A DNA stretch of 64,000 nucleotides from Octopus vulgaris (Eukaryota). The position numbers and the translations under genes were made by a program. Location of the stretch: positions 22,940,001 through 23,004,000 of the forward strand of contig OX597836.1 in the NCBI GenBank assembly GCA_951406725.2, in the 5' to 3' direction. Positions 53,660 to 64,000 of this stretch are shown here, in pieces. Under the pieces are notes generated by a model. That model was not told the origin of the DNA. It saw only the letters and a program-made list of their open reading frames with translations, and did no database searches. Numbering within the stretch: the stretch's first letter is position 1; every line of letters starts with the position of its first letter.

Positions 53660-54776
53660 TTAAAGTTAATGTGGAATGTTGATGGAAAGTTTTGATTTAC
53701 ATCAATTTAACCCTTTTGTAACTGTATTTCTGTTGACACACACTGCCTTTGTTTCTTGTCATTTTGAAAATAATGAAGAAATTAATAAAATAACTTTGTA
53801 ATTAAGGCTGCGAGCTGACAGAATCATTAGCACGCCAGCTGAAATGCTTAGCAGTATTTCATCCATCCTTATATTCTGAGTTCAAATTCCACTGAGGTCC
53901 TTTTGTCCTTTTGGGGGTCAATACCAGTTAAACACTGGGGTTAATGTAATCAATTTAATTACTACTGTGTAAGCATATAAAAAACTGTACCCCTCTGCCA
54001 AGCCATGTAGAGCCTGTGTGGTAGGGTAGACTCCTTTTCATTATGAAACTGGTGTGTGGAGCATAAATTAACATAAAATTTTGTTGGAAGGTTTGATTTT
54101 GATCACTTTAAAGCAGGAAGTTTGTATCATAGAATCAGGTCATAGATAATCTCAGGTGGGTTGATATCAAAAGAGTTAATGTCATTCTCAGGCAGAATCT
54201 GTGTGTCCATGGAATACCCTGTCACTTACATGTTGATTCAGGTGCATGTGATTCAGTCGATTGAACAATTGAATCTTCACTGTTGAGCAGCAGAAATTCG
54301 TGACCAAACCATAGGCTGTTTTGATGTCATTTTGGATGCCTTCATTCTACACACTGAGCTGTGGCACAGTTCCACTGAGAATTGAATCTGTACCAAATTC
54401 ATTGAAAGAACAGACTCTGCTTAGTGCTTTAACCAGTTAAATAATTTAGCTTGAGAAATACCATGTTTCTAAGTCACATACACACACACACACGTGCATA
54501 TATGTACACACATACATTTTCACACTCGCATGCACGTGCACATGTACACATATAAAACGCATGCACACGAACATATAAACAGACACAAATACACAAACAT
54601 GCATACACTCACAATATACGTACACACTTTTACACAAACACACATGTGCACACACAGACACACATAATCATGTGTGTGTGTATGCACGTGTTTTCTATTG
54701 AATAGTCAATGTCTGTGAAGAAATTACCCATTATTTGTCTTATTTTCATTCCATATTTACTCTCTTTCTGACACAG

Positions 54777-54880
54777 ATGAAAATAGGAATGTGGATTGAT
54801 TTGACTAACACGGACCGATTCTATGAAAGCTCTTCAATTGAGAAGGAAGATTGTAAATATTTAAAATTAAAATGCCGCGG
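54777..54880 (+). CDS. RNGTT: RNGTT coding exon 3, MKIGMWIDLTNTDRFY...KYLKLKCRG
   Basis: DLTNTxRFY triphosphatase motif; canonical splice sites. Confidence 0.96.
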
Positions 54881-55883
54881 GTAATAAACTTATCTGTCTT
54901 GTTTTCCTGGTCTTTCTTACGACCATCACTTTTTTTTTTCTTTGCCCCTTCATTATCAGACTTTGCAATTTTTTCTTCATTCCTACTCGATTCCACCCCT
55001 ACATACATCAGTACCCACTTTGTGTTGTTCCTCCTACCCCACTGTGAAACTCGACTGTGTGATCAAGAAAGCACAACCTTGGTTTTGAGTTCAGTTTCAT
55101 TGCACAGTACCTTGGGCCAAGGTCTTCTACTTATAGCCCTTGGCACCACCAATGCCTTAGGAGTGAATTTGGTTGAAGGAAGCTGTGTAAAAGCCCATTG
55201 TGTGTATGAATGTATGTGTGTGTGTGTGTATATGTATGTCTTTGTGTCCATGTTTGAGTTTTGTGTCTCCGTCTGACAACGTGTTAGTCTTGGGAGCTTA
55301 GAGGTCGTCCCTCCAGACAGACAGACACACACAAGTGGAACTTATGGAGCAAGTACTAGACTGTAACATAAACTGGAATTGATGTGGTCAACTAAAACAC
55401 TCCAAGGTGGTGCCCCAGCATGGCTGCAGACAAATGTCTGAAATTGGTAAAAGAATAAATGAATAACGTGGATCAGAAACCACAATAAGCTTAAAGAGTT
55501 TGTGTTTGTGTGTGTGTGTCAGGAAGCTAAGTCCTCACAGAGGAAACTGAAATTGTCTGAGATGGTGTTATTCTGAACAACCTATACCAACATGTATGTA
55601 TAACTGAAAGTGTATTAGGTACATTTTTATTGTGAATTGGCTGCATTTTGTTGCAGGTTAGGCACAGAAATTGTGTGTGTGTGTGTGTAATATAGTTGGA
55701 TGATGGTTAGTAAACTGAAACTTCAAAGTCACAGTCAAACTTTTCCTGGTAAAAATTAACATGGTACTCTATCAGTAGTTTTAAGTGATATTTCAGTATA
55801 AGTTTCAACTGTTTATATATGTCCCACTGCGTGGCATCTTGTGAGTGGATTTGGTAGACGGAAACTGAAAGAAGCCTGTCATA

Positions 55884-55933
<50 letters not shown>

Positions 55934-56220
55934 TGTGTGTCTGTGTTTGTCCCCCTAGCATTGCCTGACAACCGATGCTGGTGTGTTTACGTCCCCGTCA
56001 CTTAGCGGTTCGGCAAAAGAGACCGATAGAATAAGTACTGGGCTTACAAAGAATAAGTCCCGGGTGTTGATTTGTTCGACTAAAGGCGGCGCTCCAGCAT
56101 GGCCGCAGTCAAATGACTGAAACAAGTAAAAGAGTATATATATATATATATCATCATCATCATCGTTTAGCGTCCGCTTTCCATGCTAGCATGGGTTATA
56201 TATATGTATGTATATATATT

Positions 56221-56410
56221 CAGAGTCTGCCAAAAAAATGTATACACACTTCAGGAAAGGAAAAATCTGTATAAATATTTTAATTCAGTGTTATCACAAT
56301 TTAATGAAACACCGAAAGAGGTATTTATACAGGTACTTATGCAAGTTAATTATTTATGCAGATTTTTTCCTTTCCTGTAGTATGTATACATTTTTTTTTG
56401 GCAGACTCTA
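56221..56410. mobile_element. Foldback MITE with ~55-bp TIRs
   Basis: CAGAGTCTGCCAAAAAAATGTATACA...CAGGAAAGGAAAAATCTG mirrored at the right end. Confidence 0.8.
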
Positions 56411-56898
56411 TATATACATCATCATCACCATCATCATCATTTAATGTCCGTTGTCCATGGGTTGGATGGTTTGATCGGGTTGGCACACTGGAAGGCTGCA
56501 CCAGATGCCAGTCTGATTTGGCATGGTTTTCTACATTAGGAAGGATGCCCTTCCTAATGCCAACCACTCCAATAGTATAATGGGTGCTTTTACATGCAAC
56601 GAGTATGAGTGCCATTTGCATGACACTAGAATTTGTCACAACTGCAATTTTACTTGGCTTGATGGGTCTTCTTCTCAAGCATGACATAATGGTCATTCGT
56701 CATTGCCTTCATGAGGCCCAATGCTCAAAAGGAGCTTTTCGCACACCACTAGCATCAGCTGCTTTGCATACACACACACACACACACACATATACATTAC
56801 CAATGGCATGTGGGATACTGATTATATAAATGTATCATAAATCCATTATCAAATCATATCTCCAATAGTTACTTAAATAAATCTTTTTAAACATTATA

Positions 56899-57150
56899 CA
56901 GGGTTGGCCAAAACTCACCCGACAGTATTTAAGAAAATAATTCCATAAATACTTAATCAATTTTGTTTATTTATTCCAATCACGAATATTTAATAATTGA
57001 ATGCTGTGAGTTAAAAATCACCATTTTTTTTTTTGTTTTTTTCAACATTTGTCTATTCATTAGCGAGGTCTCATATAAAATAATTTTTTGTTTTAATCTT
57101 GGAATTAAATGGGTCTTAATTTACTGTCAGGTGACTTTTGGCCAACCCTG
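56899..57150. mobile_element. Tc1/mariner-type MITE
   Basis: TIRs CAGGGTTGGCCAAAA.TCACC.GACAGTA; TA TSD. Confidence 0.88.
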
Positions 57151-57395
57151 TATTACTCTACAGATTTTTCATATGAACTGATTAACTATTAAGTAAAAAA
57201 GATTTTTGACATGATTTCTATATTGAGTTTCTAAGTTATGGTTTAAGTGTCTGTATCTTAAAACATTTTGATACATTTCCTCATTAAAATTCAAGTTATA
57301 TATATTTGCATGTGCATGTTTTTTTTTTATGTGTAAATATTTGTGTGTGTGTGTGTGTATGTATGTAAGTGTATTTTTCCTTTATATTTACTTAG

Positions 57396-57484
57396 TCATG
57401 GAGAAGCACCATCCGAAGATCAAACCAAGGTTTTTATTGAAATGGCCTCCAAATATTTTACCTCTCACCCCACAGATGTCATTG
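57396..57484 (+). CDS. RNGTT: RNGTT coding exon 4, HGEAPSEDQTKVFIEMASKYFTSHPTDVIG
   Basis: GHGExP motif; phase 2 to 1; GTAAGT donor. Confidence 0.95.
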
Positions 57485-57750
57485 GTAAGTCATCACAAGT
57501 TCTGTTGTTGCTATATTTCTTAAGAAAATACACTCACCAATGCACAAATGAGGGGAAATGCTTACATTTGTACTCACTTCTACAAAAGTTGTGATGTCAT
57601 TTTTTTTCCTACCAATTATGCATTTCCCCTAATTTTTGCCTTTGAAACTATGTAGAACAGGAGATCCTTTAGTTAAGAAACAGGTAAAAATTAGTAGCAA
57701 TAAAGGTATCTGGCTGTTAGACAATACCTTAATAATACATTCCTCTAAAC

Positions 57751-58470
57751 CAGTGGTTTGCAATCATTTTTTGCTATGGACCCCTTTCATTTCTATTCTA
57801 TTCTATCCCCAAAGCCATTTGATGTTTAAAAACTAGCTTTATATATGTTTCTTTCAAAATTACTATTTTATTACACACTAGCAGTATCGCCCGGCGTTGC
57901 TCGGGTTTGTAAGGGAAATAACTATATAAGCATTTTTAGAGAGTTATAGCCAAAAAATAGCAAAAAAATGCATTAAAAATGGAAAAAAAATTATGATAAA
58001 TTTTTTTTTAAATCGTTGACTCATCGTAGACATTTTTAGAGAGTTACTTCCCTTATATAATAGCGAAAAAATGCATTAAAATGGAAAAAAATTATGGTAA
58101 ATTATTTTTTAAATCGTAGACTCATCGTAGACGCGCGCTAATACCCAGAAGGGCTCGATATGAATCACGACTATAAGATACCCGGTTTTGGTTAAACTGC
58201 ACCGCAAAATGTGGGAGTAGCTAGGAATCTAAATCGTAGGAGACAGACAGCACACAACCTTACTTTTATATATAAAGATTAACTTGTGTATTGTTGAACT
58301 ATGTAAAGCAATTAGAGAAAGAAACCTAGTTGTTTCTTGCAAAAAATACATCCAATGTAACTTTTTTCATGGGCCCTGAAAATACTGCTGTGGACCCAAT
58401 TTACTACTTTGCTTGTGTGGAACCCCACTTCCCCCCAAAGTCTTACATAGACCCAGGTTGAGAACTACTG
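57751..58470. mobile_element. hAT (Charlie-like) MITE containing a nested Helitron
   Basis: Ends CAGTGGTT...AACTACTG; 8-bp TSD CTCTAAAC/ATCTAAAC. Confidence 0.75.
57878..58278 (-). mobile_element. Complete non-autonomous Helitron
   Basis: A|TCTTTATATATAAAAG...CCCGAGCAACGCCGGG hairpin...CTAG|T; no TSD. Confidence 0.88.
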
Positions 58471-58555
58471 ATCTAAACCATTCTAGCATGGAAAAAAAAT
58501 GCATGGAAAACAAACAGAAGATAATTTTGTTTCCTTTATTTTTCTGGTTGTTTAG

Positions 58556-58631
58556 GTGTTCATTGTACACATGGCTTCAACAGAACTGGTTTTCTTATTG
58601 TTGCCTACCTTGTTGAAAAAGAGTCCTGGAG
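58556..58631 (+). CDS. RNGTT: RNGTT coding exon 5, [25 protein letters not shown] (catalytic HCx5R)
   Basis: [10 protein letters not shown] active-site motif of the metazoan RNA 5'-triphosphatase. Confidence 0.98.
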
Positions 58632-58696
58632 GTAGGTGCTTGTTTTTTGTTGTTTTTTTTTTTTTTTTTTACCAATATATTTTTCTCCCTTCACAC

Positions 58697-59272
58697 GGTC
58701 AGAGATTTAGGGACATCCTCATCAAGAAATTTGATGAGAGGGAGGAGGAGCTACAGACATTGGACATAGAAGGTGGCTGGAAATTCCTACGGGACAGCTT
58801 GCTGAGTGCCACAGACCAAGTCTGTGGATGGTGGAATAGTACGGTAGACAAAGCCATTAGGGCAAAGAAACAGGCCTGGAAAGCCTGGAAGGATGGTGGT
58901 AGCAGGGAACGGTACCAAGTAGCCAGAAGGAAGGCTGGGCGGAAGGTGTACATAGCCAAGAGTGAAGTGGAAAAGAAGAAGTTTGCCAATGTCCAGAGAC
59001 GTGAGAACCAAAGAACTGAGGTATTTCAGATTGCAAGACAGTGTGTGAGAGAAAATTGTGATGTCACAGGAGAGAAATGTGTTCGAATGGATGATGGTGC
59101 ACTTGCATTTAGTGATTCTGAAAAGAAAGCGGCTTGGAGAAGCCACTATGAAAGACTGCTGAATGTGGAGAATGAATGGGAGGAGGAGAGCCTTCCAAAT
59201 GTTGACCCAGTAGAGGGACCAGCTATCCCAATAGACAGCTCCCTAGTAGATAAAGCAATTAAGGGTATGAAG
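58697..59272 (+). mobile_element. RTE LINE fragment (region between endonuclease and RT)
   Basis: WWNSTVDKAIRAKK..WKAWK and WRSHYERLLNVEN motifs inside provided ORF 58556..59392. Confidence 0.88.
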
Positions 59273-59337
59273 CCACAAAATTTCAGGCTTTGTGCCTTTA
59301 GTAGAAAGGATTATTATTATTATCATTATTATTATTA

Positions 59338-59369
<32 letters not shown>

Positions 59370-59375
<6 letters not shown>

Positions 59376-59521
59376 TAGTTTTATTTTTATAGCATGCTTT
59401 CACTTCACTACCGAGTGCAGCTCTGTGTGCCTTGGGTATGTGCTGTGATTTGTTGTGATGCTCTGATGGTTATTGTATGGAAAGTGTTCTGCATAGGATG
59501 TGTGCAGTGCCTAGTAGTGCA

Positions 59522-59522
<1 letters not shown>
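59370..59522 (-). mobile_element. R4/Dong-like LINE 3' end, second copy in (TAA)n
   Basis: Near-identical to 13420-13575; flanked by (ATT)n. Confidence 0.75.
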
Positions 59523-59571
<49 letters not shown>

Positions 59572-59614
59572 TACTACTACTACTACTACTTGGCCCTTTG
59601 TCTTGTATTTCCAG

Positions 59615-59645
59615 TGTTGATGCTGCTATACAGGAGTTTGCTAAA
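59615..59645 (+). CDS. RNGTT: RNGTT coding exon 6 (31-nt micro-exon), VDAAIQEFAK
   Basis: Polypyrimidine tract plus CAG, GTAAGT donor; required to keep frame between exons 5 and 7. Confidence 0.9.
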
Positions 59646-59960
59646 GTAAGTGACATAATCTATTTTACTTGTAACTTGCTTTCAATATCCCTCTGTCTCT
59701 CCTCTCACTCTCTCTCTCTCTCTCTCTCACTAGCTTTCTATCCATCCATCCATCCATCTTAACTTCATCAAGTGTATTTATAATAATCATTTTGTCTGCT
59801 GCTGCTGCTGTTGTCTTTCTTCCTCTTCTTTCCTTCTCTCCCCTTCATCTCCCCTTCTCTCTCTCCCACTTTTCCTCCTTTTCTATCTTTCACCTACCTT
59901 TGGCTGTCTATATATCTTGGTCTCTTCCTCACATTCTGTTTATCAATTTACATCTCTCTT

Positions 59961-60002
<42 letters not shown>

Positions 60003-60544
60003 CCCCCTCTCTCAGTCCTCCTCTCTTGTGTATGCCTTCTGTCCATCTGTCTACCTATCTATTTCTTTACTACCCACAAGGGGCTACACACAGAGGGGAC
60101 AAACAAGGACAGACAAATGGACTAAGTCGATTATATCGACCCCAGTGCGTAACTGGTACTTATTTAATCGACCCCAAAAGGATGAAAGGCAAAGTTGACC
60201 TCGGCGGAATTTGAACTCAGAACGTAGCGGCGGACGAAATACCGCTAAGCATTTTGCCCAGCGTGCTAACGTTTCTGCTAGCTCACCGCCTGTCTACCTA
60301 TCTATCTTCTTGTTTATGTCTCTCTTTCTTCCTTTCTCTCAATCCTCCTCTTTCATGTATGCAAGTCTATCTGTCTACCTACCTCCTATCTACATGTTTC
60401 TTTCTCCCTCATTCCCCGCTTTTCCACCACCTCTCTCTTTTTCTCTTTCCTCCCAATACATTAACCTATCCATTTTCTCAAGCAGCTCTATATTCTCTGT
60501 CTCAAACCTATCCATACATGCAAAAACCATTTTCTCTCTTTCAG

Positions 60545-60653
60545 TGCCGTCCTCCCGGAATATACAAACAGCATTATATCAATGATTTATTTCACCGTTA
60601 TGGAGATAAAGAAGACATAATCTCTGCTCCTATTCTACCTGATTGGTGTCAGG
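60545..60653 (+). CDS. RNGTT: RNGTT coding exon 7, [21 protein letters not shown]...LPDWCQ
   Basis: RPPGIYK..Y...LF.RYGD...LPDWC motif. Confidence 0.96.
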
Positions 60654-61705
60654 GTAAGTCTTAAAAGAAATGACTTCAAATTTTTTAACCCACTTTTGAT
60701 ACCACCTAAGACCATCACTTCTAGTCCTTTCATTCCAAACTTCTAATTTTCTAGTATTTGTATTACCGACTGGCCTCTGCACCAGTGGCACGTAAAAAGC
60801 ACCATCTGATTGTGGGCCGTTGCCAGCCTCGTCTGGCCCCTGTGCCGGTGGCACATAAAAAGCACCATCCGATCGTGGCTGTTTGCCAGCCTCATCTGGC
60901 ACCTGTGCAGGTGGCACGTAAAAAGCACCCACTACACTCATGGAGTGGTTGGCGTTAGGAAAGGAATCCAGCTGTAGAAACGCTGCCAGATCAGACTGGG
61001 CCTGGCACAGCCTTCTGGCTTCCCAGACCCCAGTTGAACCGTCCAACCCATGCTAGCATGGAAAACGGACATTAAACGATGATGATGATGGTTTTTGTGT
61101 AAGAATCTTTAGCATAAACAATGATACCGTTGATGCAAAAGAAGATATATTTGAAATGCATAGTTTCATCATCACCATCATCATCTTTTAACACCTTTTT
61201 TCCTTGTTGGCATGAGTTGGATGGTCTGACAGGAACTGGCAAGTCCAGGGGCTGCACCAAGTTCCTTAGTCTCTTTTGGCAAATTTTCTATGGGTGGATG
61301 CTCTTCCTAACGTCAACCACTTCACAGTTTAAATCTTAAAGGGTTAAAATATCTTTCAATAAGTGTATAATGAAACTAAAAATTTATTTTTTTAGTACAA
61401 AATAGGGATGCATCTTATGTGAGAATACATCAGCAAATATGGTATGCTGTTGTTTAGTCCAAGGGCAGCTCCTGTTCATCTGACTGATGATCATACCCAT
61501 TCCACCTGTGACCATCCCATATTTTGTTTTCAACATAGTGTTTCTGTGTCAGTTTCCATTGCTATTTTTAAGATGGTAGCATGTGACTTGTTGGGGATTT
61601 AGCTGCTATTTAAAGCAGATTGAGGAATCACAGACTCCCATATCTTGTACTGTATGCTTCTCTGTACAAGACAATATTTAAATCAATAAATACTACTGCA
61701 AATAT

Positions 61706-61862
61706 ATGTGGTAAGTAGCTTGCTAACCAACCACATGGTTCCGGGTTCAGTCCCACTGCGTGGCATCTTGGGCAAGTGTCTTCTGCTATAGCCCCAGGCC
61801 GATCAATGCCTTGTGAGTGGATTCGGTAGACGGAAACTGAAAGAAGCCTGTCGTATATATGT

Positions 61863-61893
<31 letters not shown>

Positions 61894-62097
61894 TTTGTGT
61901 ATCTGTGTTTGTCCCCCTAGCATTGCTTGACAACCGATGCTGGTGTGTTTACGTCCCCTTAACTTAGCGGTTCGGCAAAAGAGACCGATAAAATAAGTAC
62001 TGGGCTTACAAAGAATAAGTCCCGGAGTCGATTTGCTCGACTAAAAGGCACTGCTCCAGCATGGCCGCAGTCAAATGACTGAAATAAGTAAAAGAGT
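61706..62097 (+). mobile_element. SINE family A
   Basis: Matches the family consensus; other copies or fragments at ~25239-25614, ~45417-45661 and ~55821-56135. Confidence 0.85.
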
Positions 62098-62320
62098 ATA
62101 TATATATATACTACAAAATAAGAAAATGGAGAAATACATCTAAATCAATTATCAACTACCAGATAATACCCAATCACATAATTTATTAAACCACTACATA
62201 TGAACATTAAGGTCAAACATATTAATATAGAACAAAACAGTGTACATGAAGGAGTAATATGGTACAATAAGTACAGTATGTATAAGAGAATATAAAAATA
62301 TAAATATACATATAAACTAC

Positions 62321-62447
62321 ATCTTACAGCTGTTTCGGCCATGCAGATATGGGTGTCTCATTTTGCTCATATTAGCCATGTGTGATAGGTCAACATGTAG
62401 TTATAAATGAGACACTTACAAAAATATCACAAGGCCTCTTCGGAGAT
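62321..62447 (-). ncRNA. Inverted copy of the same hammerhead-like motif
   Basis: Reverse complement of 62831-62957, with about one substitution by eye. Confidence 0.6.
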
Positions 62448-62830
62448 TATGAAATACAAACAAAGTCGAGAGTACATTATATTAATTTACAAAATGTCAT
62501 TCATATTAACATCATTACTATTATCATTACCACTATTGCTACTAATATCACTATTATTATTATTAATAACACTAATACTAGCTCTGCATTTGAGTATTAA
62601 TATGTGTATGTTTTCTACATTGTAATATAATATTAAGTTGAAAAACTGTAACATTGAATATGGAACATATGTTTGTATATTGATTTATATTATTATGTAT
62701 ATATATATGTATAGGAGTATGAGTATATGCACTCATATGTATGTGTATATGATATATTATGGGTATGTACCCACACTTGTATGGGTGTACCTACTCTGAT
62801 ATTCATATCTAATTTAGTTTGTATTTCATA

Positions 62831-62957
62831 ATCTCCGAAGAGGCCTTGTGATATTTTTGTAAGTGTCTCATTTATAACTACATATTGACCTATCACACAT
62901 GGCTAATATGAGCAAAATGAGACACCCATATCTGCATGGCCGAAACAGCTGTAAGAT
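62831..62957 (+). ncRNA. Putative type-I hammerhead ribozyme with extended stem II (U4C core variant)
   Basis: ATCT-CCGAAGA-GGCC[~92 nt hairpin]GGCC-GAAA-CAGCTG-TA-AGAT; stems I and II and palindromic stem III all pair. Confidence 0.65.
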
Positions 62958-63511
62958 GTAGTTTATATTTATATTTTTATATTCTCTAATACATACTGTA
63001 CTCATTGTACCATATTACTCCTTCATGTACACTGTTTTGTTCTATATTAATATGTTTGATCTTAATGTTCATATGTAGTGGTTTAATAAATTATGTGATT
63101 GGGTATTATCTGGTAGTTGATAATTGATTTAGATGTATTTCTCCATTTTCTTATTTTGTATTATTAATTTGTGGTAAAACATTTTACCTTTGCCCATATA
63201 ATACAGTAAATGAATTAATTGCATTGCAATTCTTAACATTTATGTATTAACTTTGTTGGGTACTTCACTAGCAGTATATTGGATATATGTTATCCCATGG
63301 AGGGTTGCATTTACAACCCCTATCTTAATTTATACATATATATATATAGCAAATTAAGGAACGGCCATAATAGGCCGTTCAACCCACTAGAAATAACAGC
63401 CAAGGCTTCAACTGCAAAATAGTAGTAATTCCGTAAATCAGGAGAAAATTAAAAAAACATTTGCCCTTTCCACTTTATACAATGCATTGTTTCATCGTTT
63501 TTTAATGGTAA

Positions 63512-63589
<78 letters not shown>

Positions 63590-63939
63590 GTGTGATGTCT
63601 GGACAGGGGATTGATTGAATCTGTAGAGCATTGGGAAAAAATACCTTGTGGTATTTTGGAATTTGGGAACATTCCTTTCCTTTCTGAATTCAAGTCCTGC
63701 CCAGGTCTTTCCTTCTTTTGAGGTTGATAAAATACGAAGACCAGACAGATATAATTTTGGGGAATTGATGCAATCGACTATAAATGTTAAAATTGGTGCT
63801 CCAGCATGGTCGCTGACCAGTGAGTAAAACTAATAATAAAGAATTCACAAGAATCCAGATGATGCCAAATACCGTTGTCTTATGTCGTAGCTTGTAATTT
63901 TCAAGGGTGTTTTTTTTTGTTTTTTTAATCTTTATTCAG

Positions 63940-64000
63940 AGTTCGATGACTCAGTAAAAGATAATGATGACATAGAAGAAGCCAACGGTGACCCCAGTCA
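63940..64000 (+). CDS. RNGTT: RNGTT coding exon 8 (partial), acidic linker FDDSVKDNDDIEEANGDPS
   Basis: Strong T-rich acceptor ending CAG, phase 1, acidic linker expected after DWC; truncated by the window edge. Confidence 0.85.

Larger units (their letters stand above)
62112..63330. mobile_element. Putative Penelope-like element remnant with inverted pseudo-LTRs (62112-62461 and 62817-63160)
   Basis: ~350-bp near-perfect inverted repeat carrying a hammerhead motif, an architecture typical of Penelope-like insertions; no RT ORF seen. Confidence 0.6.

Noticed and set aside
58556-59392. 278-aa ORF, the longest in the track
   Set aside because: Chimera of RNGTT exon 5 read in the wrong frame, an intronic RTE fragment and (TAT)n

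Overview
Eukaryotic, AT-rich, repeat-dense genomic DNA, most likely from an octopus or other cephalopod. This is inferred from the SINE families, RTE LINEs and extreme (TA)n content. Two RNA-processing genes lie head-to-head, and I reconstructed both exon by exon with consistent reading phase. (1) DDX54/DBP10 DEAD-box helicase on the minus strand: 19 coding exons from the ATG at 32200 down to 1888, about 777 codons, with the last exon off the left edge. Its intron 18 (2043-3024) is a textbook U12-type AT-AC minor intron. (2) RNGTT mRNA capping enzyme on the plus strand: 8 coding exons from the ATG at 51341 to the right edge, covering the RNA triphosphatase domain ([10 protein letters not shown]). 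Nearly all of the provided six-frame ORFs are microsatellite or repeat artefacts. Introns are filled with tRNA-derived SINEs, RTE/BovB-like, CR1-like and Dong/R4-like LINE fragments, Tc1/mariner, hAT and piggyBac MITEs, and non-autonomous Helitrons. The most interesting unannotated signal is a set of type-I hammerhead-ribozyme folds in putative Penelope-like remnants. One has a roughly 100-nt extended stem II and sits in a near-perfect 350-bp inverted repeat inside an RNGTT intron. Other leads: an inverted pair of young SINEs bracketing a 765-nt phase-0 exon block of DDX54, and an unexplained CpG-retaining zone between the genes with candidate exons and a second possible AT-AC intron. Folds, identities and family assignments were judged by eye and need computational confirmation.
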